Below are positions 46,744 through 57,000 of a DNA stretch of 64,000 bases, piece after piece (within the stretch, counting starts at the first letter, position 1; every line of letters begins with the position of its first letter). The stretch is from a virus (taxonomy: Duplodnaviria; Heunggongvirae; Uroviricota; Caudoviricetes). The translations under genes were made by a program, and so were the position numbers. The notes under the pieces are model-generated. The model searched no databases. It was not told where the DNA came from and saw only the letters and a program-made list of their open reading frames with translations. The stretch lies in the IMG/VR virus record IMGVR_UViG_2541047860_000002. One strand, 5' to 3'.

Positions 46744-48426
46744 TTAATTGCTCATCACAAATTTTGCAAAGTTTATTAACTGTTCTGGCGTCCAGTTTTC
46801 CGGATCGTCACCGGACGACAACGGCGCGGATTCGTACATACCATGCTCGTTGTTTTGCTCTGATTCATTCGCCTTAAACTCTTTGATCATGGTGTTGAGA
46901 GTGTCATCGTCGATGTGCAACTGCTCAGTGAACAGATAACGCATAAACGCGTCACTACCAGCCAGTTTCGGGTTGTTCTGGATCTGGTCCATAATTTGGG
47001 AGATGACAGCAACAAAGTTGGCGCGTGCATCCAGTTCTCGGTTTTCCTCTTCCTGGATAGCAGTGTTCATTGAGTTGAATTGCACGTCATAAGGGCGGTT
47101 TGTTTCGGTGTAAACCTTGCCGTATTTATAAGCGAGGTGAATGTCCAGAAGCCGATAAATAGTTCGCTGGGCGGCCTGTCTGATCCAGTTCGCACGCAAT
47201 GCAGCCTGGATAGCAGTTTGCTGCCAGCCGCCTTCTCCAAGCCCTCCGCTCATCTGATCAGCCCAGCCAAGCATTGTTGCGTCAATGCCGAGGCTTGCAG
47301 CAAGCTGCCGGAGGTGAAACATAACGTCTTCGATACCACTGATATCTGCGGGTATGGATTGCGTATCAATGGTGATGCCGTTCTTCCCGTCTCCCATAAC
47401 AGGTATCAGATGGTTAAGCACAGTCGGAATAGCGTTGGCATTAATCGACCTTTGCGCCACCAGGTCACTATGACGCTTCAATGCCTGGCTGACGCCACGC
47501 GTATAGTTCGCCGCATTAACCGGGTCCAGTGTGTTCGTCGTAAGAGCAATCAGGCGGTCAATTTTGGCTGCATTATTTCGCGTTGATTTCAGCGCGGCGA
47601 GCGCAGCACATAAATTCAGGTAAGGTTCATAGCTGTATTCAAGGAATGAAGTTCCGTAATTCTGCGTCTCCATTAACGGCTTATCAGCCTGCTCACTTAA
47701 CAGTGAGTACCCTTTTGTGCCGTAGCTGACCGGAATAACTTTATGCTGCGGCGTCCAATAGGGATTTTTCATGGAAACCAGATTCCACGGTTCGGTTATT
47801 ACTCTGCGCAAACTATGCGTATCCAGGATGTAATCACCACTGAAACCTACCAGCTGGCTACCACGATAAAACTCCTGGACGAAGTGTGGCAGAGTGTAAT
47901 AACTGGACTCAATGCCTGTTATCCCCCTGCCCTGTTCAGCATAAGGGCGGACATAAGACACCCCAAAGATAGCCATAATCATGGCCCATGAAGGAAGTCC
48001 GTCATTAATCATCGCCCCCAAATCAGCGGTTAACTCTTCACATCTACTTACTGCCTCGGCATCGGAACCATCCTTTGGCGAAAGGATGAATGCTTGTCCG
48101 GTTTTTTTTGAAGGCGCAAGCGCATGTGCAATGTGAATGTTTAAAGCCGTCGAGATAGTCGGGCTTTTAGCCATCGTTTCCAGGATGTTGTACTTTTGCA
48201 GGCGCTCGCCGGGCAGTTCAGCGGATAAAGAAATTGAATCTGCTGCACTCGTCATGCCATCGCTATTGCTCCCCAGGATGCCTGGACGTAAAGCAGACAG
48301 GCCGGAACGAGCAACGACACTATGTCCGCTCGTAAAAACGACCGGATCGGCGGGCGTAACATCACCACCGTTGAAGGCTTTCTTCAATGCTGACAGAAAG
48401 CCTTTGTTTTTGTCTTTCGTTGCCAT
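46744..48426 (-). CDS. Putative portal / large head structural protein
   Basis: 560-aa ORF within virion-gene block; assignment by size/context. Confidence 0.4.
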   Translation of the reverse strand: MATKDKNKGFLSALKKAFNGGDVTPADPVVFTSGHSVVARSGLSALRPGILGSNSDGMTSAADSISLSAELPGERLQKYNILETMAKSPTISTALNIHIAHALAPSKKTGQAFILSPKDGSDAEAVSRCEELTADLGAMINDGLPSWAMIMAIFGVSYVRPYAEQGRGITGIESSYYTLPHFVQEFYRGSQLVGFSGDYILDTHSLRRVITEPWNLVSMKNPYWTPQHKVIPVSYGTKGYSLLSEQADKPLMETQNYGTSFLEYSYEPYLNLCAALAALKSTRNNAAKIDRLIALTTNTLDPVNAANYTRGVSQALKRHSDLVAQRSINANAIPTVLNHLIPVMGDGKNGITIDTQSIPADISGIEDVMFHLRQLAASLGIDATMLGWADQMSGGLGEGGWQQTAIQAALRANWIRQAAQRTIYRLLDIHLAYKYGKVYTETNRPYDVQFNSMNTAIQEEENRELDARANFVAVISQIMDQIQNNPKLAGSDAFMRYLFTEQLHIDDDTLNTMIKEFKANESEQNNEHGMYESAPLSSGDDPENWTPEQLINFAKFVMSN

Positions 48427-48490
48427 GAATCACCGCAAATTGTTTCCAGTTTTGCGGCAGCATAATCAGTATGTGATTTCAGCGGTTGGT

Positions 48491-49888
48491 TTAGTTTTCC
48501 GTACGGCAATTATTTAGAACTGTAGAATTTTCAAACATAGCAAAGTTCAGACCTTTCCCTTCGCCAAATTCACCCTCAATTTCATCAGATACAGCAGACA
48601 AAATACAACGCAGATCAACATCGCCACCGCCGAACATATCGCCCAATGCCTGTTGTTTATGAGTCAGCTCGTCGTTGATTTTTTGCGCCATTTTTTTGAA
48701 TGCTGCCCCCATACGCTTCGCACTGCGATTATTTGCTACGATGAATAGCGCCAATGCCTCAGCTTCCGGTGTACTGTCGCCGAATAACCCCCTTTGGGCG
48801 ATCACTTCTTCAACGGCCTGACCGTTGTCTTTGGCTTCACGTACAAGATTAATTGCTTCCTGGAGTGCTGCTATCGCCTGTGTATCCAGGCCATTAACCT
48901 GCTCTATACCGTCCACTAAGCCTGTTACTGCGTCATGGTGAGCGTCGCCAGACAGCGACTGCATTTGCGCAAAATCGCTGGCTGCCGTATTTAATGCGGT
49001 CAGGATATTACGCATTTCCGGATCTGGCTCTTCCGACACCAGCCGAACAAGCCTTTCATCCTTGTACGCTTTGGCAAAAATTGCATTCTGGATGCGATCG
49101 ATAAGCTGTTTCGTGGGACGCCCATCGGCAGTAAGCAAGCCTGCCGTCGCTGTATCGCCAATTTCGCACAAAAACGCACGAATAAACGCATCATTGGACC
49201 GCGCCAGCAGATTTCCATCATCTGAAGGATTAAATAGCGCCATGACGCTCTCAGTGAGAAATTGCGCATCCGCATACGCTTTTTCACTTGCTGCCATCTC
49301 TTGCAGATCGCTAATGTTTGAATCGCGGGCAAATTGAGCGCGGTCTACATCTGTGAGTCTTTCTCGCACCAGTACGGGCATAGACATTTGCGAAATTTCG
49401 TCAGGATTCAGACCAAACTCTTTCGCATGGTCGATCAGGTACTGGCGATACTCATCCGCCTGTCCTTGCTCATAGGCACGCCAGATACCCATACTCCTTC
49501 CGTTGCCGGATTCAACAACGTTGTCCGGACCAACTATCGGCGCTCCGTGGCTGCTCATACCGGAATCCGTTAATTGTGCCGGGCGTAAATTGGAGGCAAT
49601 ACGGTTAACCTGGAGTTTGCTGGATAGCCGGGTACGATCTCGTGGTTGGAGTTCTTCCGGGAAGGCCGGGTTAATCGTACCGTCAAGGTTGTTCGAAATG
49701 ATCAGACTGCTGGCATCAACGACCTTAAAAGCCGTCTTTACCTCTGCACCTTTGCTGGTGACTACGTAGCTACTTCGCCCCAAGCGTGTTTCTTTCCTCT
49801 CTAATGAAGAAACCAGAGCAATGACGCTGTTAATATCTGTGGCCCCGGAAAGCGCAGAAGTAACTGATTTGTTCAAAATACACTCCAA
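48491..49888 (-). CDS. Hypothetical virion-associated protein (Ddr-like position)
   Basis: 465-aa ORF downstream of DarA-like gene. Confidence 0.3.
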   Translation of the reverse strand: MECILNKSVTSALSGATDINSVIALVSSLERKETRLGRSSYVVTSKGAEVKTAFKVVDASSLIISNNLDGTINPAFPEELQPRDRTRLSSKLQVNRIASNLRPAQLTDSGMSSHGAPIVGPDNVVESGNGRSMGIWRAYEQGQADEYRQYLIDHAKEFGLNPDEISQMSMPVLVRERLTDVDRAQFARDSNISDLQEMAASEKAYADAQFLTESVMALFNPSDDGNLLARSNDAFIRAFLCEIGDTATAGLLTADGRPTKQLIDRIQNAIFAKAYKDERLVRLVSEEPDPEMRNILTALNTAASDFAQMQSLSGDAHHDAVTGLVDGIEQVNGLDTQAIAALQEAINLVREAKDNGQAVEEVIAQRGLFGDSTPEAEALALFIVANNRSAKRMGAAFKKMAQKINDELTHKQQALGDMFGGGDVDLRCILSAVSDEIEGEFGEGKGLNFAMFENSTVLNNCRTEN

Positions 49889-49944
49889 CTATAGAGAAAG
49901 CTGTGAGTGTAAAAAGTGTGTGATTTATGTGAGAACAGATAAGT

Positions 49945-49968
49945 AAAAGGGGCATTTCAGCCCCTTTT
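49945..49968. terminator. Bidirectional terminator-like hairpin (AAAAGGGG-catttcag-CCCCTTTT)
   Basis: Direct reading. Confidence 0.5.
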
Positions 49969-49970
49969 GA

Positions 49971-50339
49971 TTACCCGGCATAACCGTTAGCTTTCACCCA
50001 GCTTATGGTCTGCTCTTTAGCCTGCTCCAACGTAAGGAACTCGCCAACATAGTTTGAGATCCCACGCAGCGCATCAATAAATTCCATTTGTGTGGACTTT
50101 GTGAACACACCGCCCAGGAAGTCAGTCACTATCTTAGGGACTTCATCTACAACAGGATCAGCCTGTTGTTGCGGTTCCGCTGCCGGTTGCGCGGCAGTCC
50201 CCAGGCCCAATTTCAGCATCACATCAACAATCTGCTTACCAATGGTGACGCGTTGCAATACTGGCGCAGTTTTCTGCGCCTGCATTAGATCTGATAGCTC
50301 TTTACCTAATTTCAGGCGGTCTAAAACAGAGATGGTCAT
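49971..50339 (-). CDS. Small protein (DdrA-like position, ~13 kDa)
   Basis: 122-aa ORF overlapping stop/start with upstream gene. Confidence 0.3.
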   Translation of the reverse strand: MTISVLDRLKLGKELSDLMQAQKTAPVLQRVTIGKQIVDVMLKLGLGTAAQPAAEPQQQADPVVDEVPKIVTDFLGGVFTKSTQMEFIDALRGISNYVGEFLTLEQAKEQTISWVKANGYAG

Positions 50340-52282
50340 TAAACACCTCCCTGCTGAATTTCAGCCAGAATATTGATCAGGTAGTCAACTGCTGCACCCA
50401 CAGTGGCTTCGTTCTCGTCGTATCGACCTGCACTGATTAGAGCGTTTGCTGCTTCCTGCACATGATCAAGTTCAGCACTGATGACCGTCAGATCGCGGGA
50501 TGTAAACTGCTCCGGCACGGATTTCAGGTACTCCAGCGCTTTATCTGCTTCCTGATCAGCTTCACTTGCTGATTCACCCGCTTCTTCTGGCTCCGACTCC
50601 TGTTCTGGTGCTGGTTGTGGTTGTGGTTGTGGTTGTGGTTGTGATTCTGGCTCAACCACATGCTCTGTTTTTACTTCGCTTGAATGATTTTGAAGGGCGT
50701 TATACACGTCCATAATGAAAAGGTTCTCCCCATCACTAAGTGGATACGCCACGTTTGGAAACGCTTTGCGGAAAAGAATTTTCACTTGCGCCTTGAATGT
50801 TTTCAGGTCACTGCCAAACAGGTCCACATAGCCATCAATATGTTTCGACATGCTGGACGCAACCAATTGGCCTGCAAAATCTTTCAGCTCATCTTCATCA
50901 GGAAGATAAAGCAACTCGTACTGGCTGACTTCTTCATCTGTCAGTTTACGGTCATACGTAATGATACCGTGACGAGCATATTCGTAATACTGATCAGCCT
51001 GGTCAGGACGATCAAGCACGGCTTTATTTCCATCCGGAACAGCACCAACACCAGCTGGGCGAGATTGAAGTGCATAGTGGTATTTACCTACATCTTGGCT
51101 CTCTGGTTGTAATACTGGGTTCGTTTCGGGGTCTGTCTGTGGTGGCTCGGAGTCTTCCAACTGGCCTGGTAACACATCAACTTTATATTTATTTGCGTTA
51201 TGCTCTCGGTAGGCTTTAAGTAATTTGGTTGCAGCATCTGCCAAACTGCCTCCTTTGACAGCACTGGCATCAATACTGAATTTACCTTCAGGTGCTACTA
51301 TCGTAACGAAATTGTCACTGCCGGACGTGACATAATTAACTTCAGCGCCATTATCCAGCACTGTTTTTCCGTCAATGGCAAGATTATGTTTTACATGTCG
51401 CAGCTGGTCACTAAACGCTCGTTCTTTCGTTTTTTCACCTTTAGCAGACAACAATTTATCGCGTTTTGCTTGTAATTCCGCGTTGATGGCTTTCTGGGCA
51501 TCAAGTTTTTTTTGCATCTCCGTAAGAGCAGCACGCTTTTCAGTCAGCCCACGTTGCGCAACGTCCACCTGATCAATCATTATTGACCGTTCTTCTGCCA
51601 GTTTATCTGCTTCATTGAGATAACTCTCAATATCTGCCTTCATTTTGTCCTGGCGCTCTTTTGCTTTCTTAAATTTTTCGCTGTTACGCTCAATCAAATT
51701 AGATAGCGCCTGACATACTTGGCTTAAAGAAACATCTCTCCCACCAATCGGGGCGACAACGTGAGTTACGTTACGCTTATTAAGTAAAAACTGAAATGCA
51801 ACAAGCTCGTCGTTACTCTTTATTTTTGCCCCATCAGCTGTTGGAGAGTGGAAAATTATGCTTGTGCTCTGCCCGTCAGTAAGCGGTATCTGCGCGGTCA
51901 AAACAGGGATATTAGCTACCCGACGTACACGACCGATAATTGCACCACCAATACAATTACGTCCATTTTCATCGGTCCCAGCTTCATCAGTCCCTGCCAT
52001 AATATTCGTACCATTCAGGCCACGATTCAGCGCACGGACGAAAGCTCGCATTGTTTGAGCTAACCGAATTCTGGTTGTAGTTATGGACTCAAACATAGCT
52101 TCGTCAGACACAACCAGAATTTCATTGCCCATATAGGCAAGCTCAATATCTTCTAAGGTCGCCGCCTCAAAAATCAGGTCATCTTCGCTTAATTCTTCTG
52201 AAGACCAGCGACTTGGCATATAGCCGGGGATCGTATCAGCAAAAGTAGACTGAATATTAATTCGTAAAGGATTGTTAATCAT
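50339..52282 (-). CDS. Large coiled-coil protein with C-terminal PQ/acidic repeats (DarA-like by size and operon context)
   Basis: ~648 aa from ATG 52282 (GGAGG 6 nt upstream); follows holin-like genes as lydA-lydB-darA does in P1. Confidence 0.35.
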   Translation of the reverse strand: MINNPLRINIQSTFADTIPGYMPSRWSSEELSEDDLIFEAATLEDIELAYMGNEILVVSDEAMFESITTTRIRLAQTMRAFVRALNRGLNGTNIMAGTDEAGTDENGRNCIGGAIIGRVRRVANIPVLTAQIPLTDGQSTSIIFHSPTADGAKIKSNDELVAFQFLLNKRNVTHVVAPIGGRDVSLSQVCQALSNLIERNSEKFKKAKERQDKMKADIESYLNEADKLAEERSIMIDQVDVAQRGLTEKRAALTEMQKKLDAQKAINAELQAKRDKLLSAKGEKTKERAFSDQLRHVKHNLAIDGKTVLDNGAEVNYVTSGSDNFVTIVAPEGKFSIDASAVKGGSLADAATKLLKAYREHNANKYKVDVLPGQLEDSEPPQTDPETNPVLQPESQDVGKYHYALQSRPAGVGAVPDGNKAVLDRPDQADQYYEYARHGIITYDRKLTDEEVSQYELLYLPDEDELKDFAGQLVASSMSKHIDGYVDLFGSDLKTFKAQVKILFRKAFPNVAYPLSDGENLFIMDVYNALQNHSSEVKTEHVVEPESQPQPQPQPQPAPEQESEPEEAGESASEADQEADKALEYLKSVPEQFTSRDLTVISAELDHVQEAANALISAGRYDENEATVGAAVDYLINILAEIQQGGV

Positions 52283-52910
52283 GCTCATCCTCCAGGCGCG
52301 CGATTTCTTCTTTAAGAGCACGTGTCTTAGCTACTTCCTGAGACAAGGCAGCTTTAACGTTACCCGTATCTTGCATTACTTTGTCTGACTTGCTCTGGAG
52401 TTTAGACAGTTTGTCGTTAGCATTAGCGATATCTTCACGGAGTGCATCACGTGATTCTTTCGCTTCAGCTAATTTCTGAGCGTTAGATTTAACTCCCTGC
52501 CGCTTCTTATTTCCGTCATCAATATTTTTTGCTGCACGAGCAAGTTTTCGAGCTAATGACTTCTGGAAAGAAGTTGCTCCGCGATTAAATAAAGCCGCAA
52601 GAGATTGCCCCAAAGCCGACATTGTTTTTACTGGCTTGAACGGTACTGTTTTACCATTCAGTTTGATCCCAGATATATCACCGGTATCGTTAACCTGAAC
52701 TTCCATTGTCTGTTCATCAATACCAATAAGAGTAAACGTGCGCGTCATGATCCCATCTTTCTTCCTGCCATTACTTACAGGGATCACCCTCGCTATCTTG
52801 TAACCACCTTTGCTGATTTCTTTGACGAGTTTTGCCAGCCCCTTTTCGTTTAATTCAGCATAATTAAGAAGAACATAATTATTCTTATTTGACATCCCAG
52901 TCTCCTTCAC
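52275..52910 (-). CDS. Hypothetical K/A-rich coiled-coil protein
   Basis: 211-aa ORF. Confidence 0.35.
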   Translation of the reverse strand: MKETGMSNKNNYVLLNYAELNEKGLAKLVKEISKGGYKIARVIPVSNGRKKDGIMTRTFTLIGIDEQTMEVQVNDTGDISGIKLNGKTVPFKPVKTMSALGQSLAALFNRGATSFQKSLARKLARAAKNIDDGNKKRQGVKSNAQKLAEAKESRDALREDIANANDKLSKLQSKSDKVMQDTGNVKAALSQEVAKTRALKEEIARLEDEHD

Positions 52911-53331
52911 GCTTTTCGATCGTAAACTGGCGCTCTATGCAGTCATTGATAGGGAAAATGCGATAAAGCGGATTCAGTCGGCAGTTACCGTTAGTCAATG
53001 TGACTTTCAGATCCCACTTCGTTGGCTCAAGATATTTCGTATCGATGAGCAAATACTCTTCTCTCTCACCGCGTTTTGAGGCGTCAACTGGTCGCGTTTT
53101 CCCTGAAATAACCACAGATGGATTTTTCAGGTCTTGCAACCAATATTCGATTTGAGCATTGCTGACCCAGCTTCGCTTAACACGTAGCGAAACAGGAAAT
53201 GCTATAGCGGATTCTTTCACTACAGCGTCACCAATACTCAAAATCTCAACACTCTTGCGACGAAAAATGAAACGGTCAATGATGGCAACAAATGCCATGA
53301 TAAAAATGAAATAATTTCCAAAGTTACCCAT
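52885..53331 (-). CDS. Membrane-anchored protein (LydB-like position)
   Basis: N-terminal TM helix; 148 aa. Confidence 0.35.
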   Translation of the reverse strand: MGNFGNYFIFIMAFVAIIDRFIFRRKSVEILSIGDAVVKESAIAFPVSLRVKRSWVSNAQIEYWLQDLKNPSVVISGKTRPVDASKRGEREEYLLIDTKYLEPTKWDLKVTLTNGNCRLNPLYRIFPINDCIERQFTIEKREGDWDVK

Positions 53332-53657
53332 TATTTCTCTCCACCTTTTCCCCCATTCGCTATTACGCTTAAGAGATTCAAGACGTTACTAGCTCTGGAC
53401 TTCAAGCCCTGTAAAATTTCACTACCGTTGTTACTGGCAATCAGAACAACGCAGAAAATGATACCTTCAGGCCATTCTTGGCTAACCGCCACCCCATACC
53501 CCGCAAGCCCGGCTGTTACCGCAGTAAACAATTCACTCGCAAGATTGAGCAGGGACGCAGAAATGCGCCCGTCTCTAACTCCGAGAAGGAATACGCCGGT
53601 TCCACTTAGTAGGGATGTTATGACTACTACAGCCAGATTTTCATAATCTGCAAACAT
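53331..53657 (-). CDS. Holin-like small membrane protein (LydA-like position)
   Basis: 108 aa with 2-3 hydrophobic helices and charged C-terminus; first gene of operon. Confidence 0.45.
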   Translation of the reverse strand: MFADYENLAVVVITSLLSGTGVFLLGVRDGRISASLLNLASELFTAVTAGLAGYGVAVSQEWPEGIIFCVVLIASNNGSEILQGLKSRASNVLNLLSVIANGGKGGEK

Positions 53658-53763
53658 ACCCCTCCAGAAATAACATCTAATGCGCCACTAACTTAGTCAG
53701 TTTGTTATTTCCTTACAGGACATCTTCTAAAATCTCCCCCCTTAACATACAAGGGGGGGACAT

Positions 53764-54324
53764 ATGCTTATTGGATACATTCGCGTATCAACTAATGACC
53801 AAAACACCGCTTTACAACGAAACGCCCTTGAAAGCGCAGGATGTGAGCTAATTTTTGAGGATAAGGCGAGCGGCAAAAAGGCTGAACGCCCAGGGTTAAA
53901 AAAGGTTCTCCGTATGCTTTCCAGAGGTGACACCCTAGTCGTATGGAAGTTAGATCGTCTTGGGCGCAGCATGCGTCACTTAGTTGTGCTGGTGGAAGAG
54001 CTGCGTGACAGAGGCATTAACTTCCGGAGTCTCACTGACTCCATCGACACCAGTACACCAATGGGGCGCTTTTTCTTTCACGTAATGGGGGCGCTGGCAG
54101 AAATGGAACGTGAGCTTATCGTTGAACGTACACGCGCTGGACTTGATGCAGCTCGCGCAGAAGGTCGTATAGGTGGGCGTCGGCCTAAATACCAAGAAGA
54201 AACATGGCAGCAAATGCGGCGATTGCTCGAGAAGGGCATCCCCCGTAAGCAGGTTGCAATCATCTATGATGTGGCTGTTTCCACGCTTTATAAGAAGTTT
54301 CCGGCGTCATCATTTCAATCCTAA
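53764..54324 (+). CDS. cin: Serine recombinase DNA invertase (Cin/Gin/Hin family), copy 1
   Basis: MLIGYIRVSTNDQNTALQ...; catalytic Ser region and C-terminal HTH. Confidence 0.9.
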   Translation: MLIGYIRVSTNDQNTALQRNALESAGCELIFEDKASGKKAERPGLKKVLRMLSRGDTLVVWKLDRLGRSMRHLVVLVEELRDRGINFRSLTDSIDTSTPMGRFFFHVMGALAEMERELIVERTRAGLDAARAEGRIGGRRPKYQEETWQQMRRLLEKGIPRKQVAIIYDVAVSTLYKKFPASSFQS

Positions 54325-54341
54325 ACCTTGGTTTAAGAGAA
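54316..54341. other. gix/cix-like crossover site CAATCCTAAACC-TT-GGTTTAAGAGAA (left)
   Basis: AAACC-NN-GGTTT core overlapping invertase-1 stop codon. Confidence 0.6.
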
Positions 54342-54371
54342 CTCGGTACCAGTGGTGAAAAGATCCCCCTG

Positions 54372-55907
54372 TTGAGCACGGCTAACACATGGAGTGCGCG
54401 CCAGACTTTCAACGGCGGGATCACCGGGGCGCTGACAGGGAACGCCGATACCGCGACGAAATTGAAAACAGCCAGAAACATTAATGGCGTCAGGTTCGAT
54501 GGTTCGGCTGACATTAATATCAATACTCTGGTATCACGCGGTCGAGTAACTGCTCTGGCGTCGAATGCGCAGGGGACATCCGGGATTCAGCTGTATGAGG
54601 CATACAACAATGGCTACCCTTCCCCCTATGGCAATGTGCTTCACCTTAAAGGTGCCACCGCTGCTGGCGAAGGTGAGTTATTCATTGGCTGGAGTGGCAC
54701 GAGCGGTGACCATGCGCCCGTACATATCCGTTCGCGGCGGGATACTGATTCTGCCAACTGGTCTGAATGGGCGCAGGTCTATACGTCAAAAGATTCCGTT
54801 CCCGGCGTTAATACCAAAGGGAATCAGGACACCTCTGGTAATGCGGCTACAGCGACCAAATTGCAGACAGCACGTACTATTAACGGTGTCTCGTTTGATG
54901 GTTCTAAAAACATTGAGCTAACAGCGGAAGATTTAAATCTTGAGCAAACCGTAGAATTAGCCGCTGGATCATTGCAGAAAAACCAGAACGGCGCAGATAT
55001 TCCAAACAAAGATAAATTTACGCAAACAATAGGTGCTTGCCGCTCTTTTCATGGTGCTATTAGCACAGGTGCAGGAAACTGGACGACGGCACAATTGATT
55101 GAATGGCTGGATTCTCAAGGGGCATTCAATCACCCATACTGGATGTGCAAATGTTCATGGTCATACGGCAATAATAAAATTATTACCGATACTGGCTGTG
55201 GAACTATTCATCTTGCAGGTTGCGTTATTGAGGTTATGGGTAATAAAGGTGCCATGACTATCCGTGTAACCACCCCGAGCACTTCCAGAGGTGGCGGAAC
55301 TACTAATGCACAATTTACTTATATAAACCATGGCGCAGATTACGCACCAGGCTGGCGGCGTGACTACAGTACCAAAAATCAGCAGCCTGCATTTGCTTTA
55401 GGGCAGACAGGAAGCACTGTTGGAAATGACAAAGCTGTTGGATGGAACTCAATTAGTGGCGTTTATAATGCGACTATTGGTGGAGCATCAACATTGATTC
55501 TTCACTTTAATATGAATGCGGGGAGTTGCCCTGCTGTACAGTTCCGTGTGAATTACAGGAACGGTGGTATTTTTTATCGTTCAGCGCGTGATGGTTACGG
55601 ATTCGAAGCTGACTGGTCAGAATTTTACACCACAACACGCAAGCCATCAGCAGGAGATGTTGGTGCATATACCAAAGCGGAGGCGGACTCCCGTTATGTA
55701 CGTGATATCCGACTTGGTGGCGCATCATCATACAAACCAGCAAATAATGGCACAACATGGACACATCAGGCTCCATCTGGTTGCGCATATACCGGAATAA
55801 TTGTTCAGGATACAGGCTCAAACTCTGCCGATAATATTGGTGGTGTTTATTACAGACCAATTCAAAAAAATATTAATGGCACATGGTATAACGTATCGAG
55901 TATTTGA
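54372..55907 (+). CDS. Tail-fibre cassette (middle repeats + variable C-terminus), no ATG start
   Basis: Two tail-fibre repeats GNA.TATKL.TAR.INGV.FDGS; frame open from 54294 without ATG. Confidence 0.65.
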   Translation: MSTANTWSARQTFNGGITGALTGNADTATKLKTARNINGVRFDGSADININTLVSRGRVTALASNAQGTSGIQLYEAYNNGYPSPYGNVLHLKGATAAGEGELFIGWSGTSGDHAPVHIRSRRDTDSANWSEWAQVYTSKDSVPGVNTKGNQDTSGNAATATKLQTARTINGVSFDGSKNIELTAEDLNLEQTVELAAGSLQKNQNGADIPNKDKFTQTIGACRSFHGAISTGAGNWTTAQLIEWLDSQGAFNHPYWMCKCSWSYGNNKIITDTGCGTIHLAGCVIEVMGNKGAMTIRVTTPSTSRGGGTTNAQFTYINHGADYAPGWRRDYSTKNQQPAFALGQTGSTVGNDKAVGWNSISGVYNATIGGASTLILHFNMNAGSCPAVQFRVNYRNGGIFYRSARDGYGFEADWSEFYTTTRKPSAGDVGAYTKAEADSRYVRDIRLGGASSYKPANNGTTWTHQAPSGCAYTGIIVQDTGSNSADNIGGVYYRPIQKNINGTWYNVSSI

Positions 55908-56443
55908 TTATGATGCATTTAAAAAACATAAAGCCAGGCAATCCAAAAACCGAAGAGCAATATCTTTTAACTAAAAACTCAGGCGTCGTCTGGTTATGGA
56001 CCGAAGATGGTAAGAACTGGTATGAGGAACAAAAGAACTTTCAGGAAGACACCATAAAGATTGCATATGATGAAAATAATGTTATATGCGACGTGCAAAA
56101 GGATGTGACTGCAATTTGCCCGGAGGGAAAAAGTGTCGTTGAGGTTCCTGATATTACAGCAAATCGCCGGGCTGATATTTCGGGTAAATGGATGTTCAAA
56201 GATGGCGTAGTGATAAAGCGAACTTATACCGAGGAAGAGCAGAGGCAACAAGCGGAAAATGAAAAGCAAAGCCTGCTACAGCTCGTCAGGGATAAAACAC
56301 AGCTATGGGACTCACAGTTACGGCTGGGTATCATTTCCGACGAGAATAAACAAAAATTAACCGAGTGGATGCTCTATGCGCAGAAGGTCGAATCCACAGA
56401 CACCTCCAGCCTGCCAGTAACATTTCCCGAACAACCAGAATGA
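55904..56443 (+). CDS. Tail-fibre assembly chaperone (U-type)
   Basis: 179 aa; paralog on opposite strand; follows fibre cassette. Confidence 0.75.
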   Translation: MIMMHLKNIKPGNPKTEEQYLLTKNSGVVWLWTEDGKNWYEEQKNFQEDTIKIAYDENNVICDVQKDVTAICPEGKSVVEVPDITANRRADISGKWMFKDGVVIKRTYTEEEQRQQAENEKQSLLQLVRDKTQLWDSQLRLGIISDENKQKLTEWMLYAQKVESTDTSSLPVTFPEQPE

Positions 56444-56471
56444 GAGAAGGCCCGATATCGGGCCTTAATTT

Positions 56472-56999
56472 TTATTCAGGCTTTTGTGGCCATTCAGGAT
56501 TTGCCGTATCCACACGGCTGACCAGAACACTGTAGCGTTCCCATGACTCCAGTCGTGCGCGTTCCTCATCCGTCGCCATATTCAGCCTGACAGCGCGTTC
56601 CAGTGGCTGAATAACGCTTTCTGCTTCGGAAAGTAACGCGGCCTTTTGTGATTCGGCCTGTTGTTGCTGTTCATCTGCCGTATAAATCCGTTTAACCACA
56701 GCTCCGTCCTTAAACATCCACTTCCCTGAATCATCGGCACGACGATTGGCTGTTATGTCGGGAACCTCAACGACGCTAAAACCTTCAGGGTTAAGCGTGG
56801 AGGCATCTTTGGTGATGGCGACAATAATATTATTTTCATCGTAAACAATCTTTATGGTGTCTGGCTGAAAGTTTTTCACTTCCTCATACCAGTTTTTTTC
56901 GTCCTCAGAGTAAAGCCAGATGACTCCGTGCTTCTTTGTTAACTCATACTGATCCAGTGTTTTAGCATTACCCGCTTTTATGTTCTTTAAGTGCATCAT
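56472..56999 (-). CDS. Tail-fibre assembly chaperone (U'-type)
   Basis: 175 aa; ~60% identical to ORF 55904-56443. Confidence 0.75.
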   Translation of the reverse strand: MMHLKNIKAGNAKTLDQYELTKKHGVIWLYSEDEKNWYEEVKNFQPDTIKIVYDENNIIVAITKDASTLNPEGFSVVEVPDITANRRADDSGKWMFKDGAVVKRIYTADEQQQQAESQKAALLSEAESVIQPLERAVRLNMATDEERARLESWERYSVLVSRVDTANPEWPQKPE

Positions 57000-57000
57000 A

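Noticed and set aside
50613-50642. Short tandem repeat considered as a possible CRISPR-like array
   Set aside because: Contiguous hexanucleotide microsatellite (GGTTGT)x5 inside a coding region, with no spacers; no CRISPR array found anywhere in the window.
54945-54972. Second gix-like site at the plus-strand fibre junction (TTAAATCTTGAGCAAACCGTAGAATTAG)
   Set aside because: Only the left half resembles a gix half-site and the AAACC-NN-GGTTT core is missing; treated as part of the homologous coding junction.
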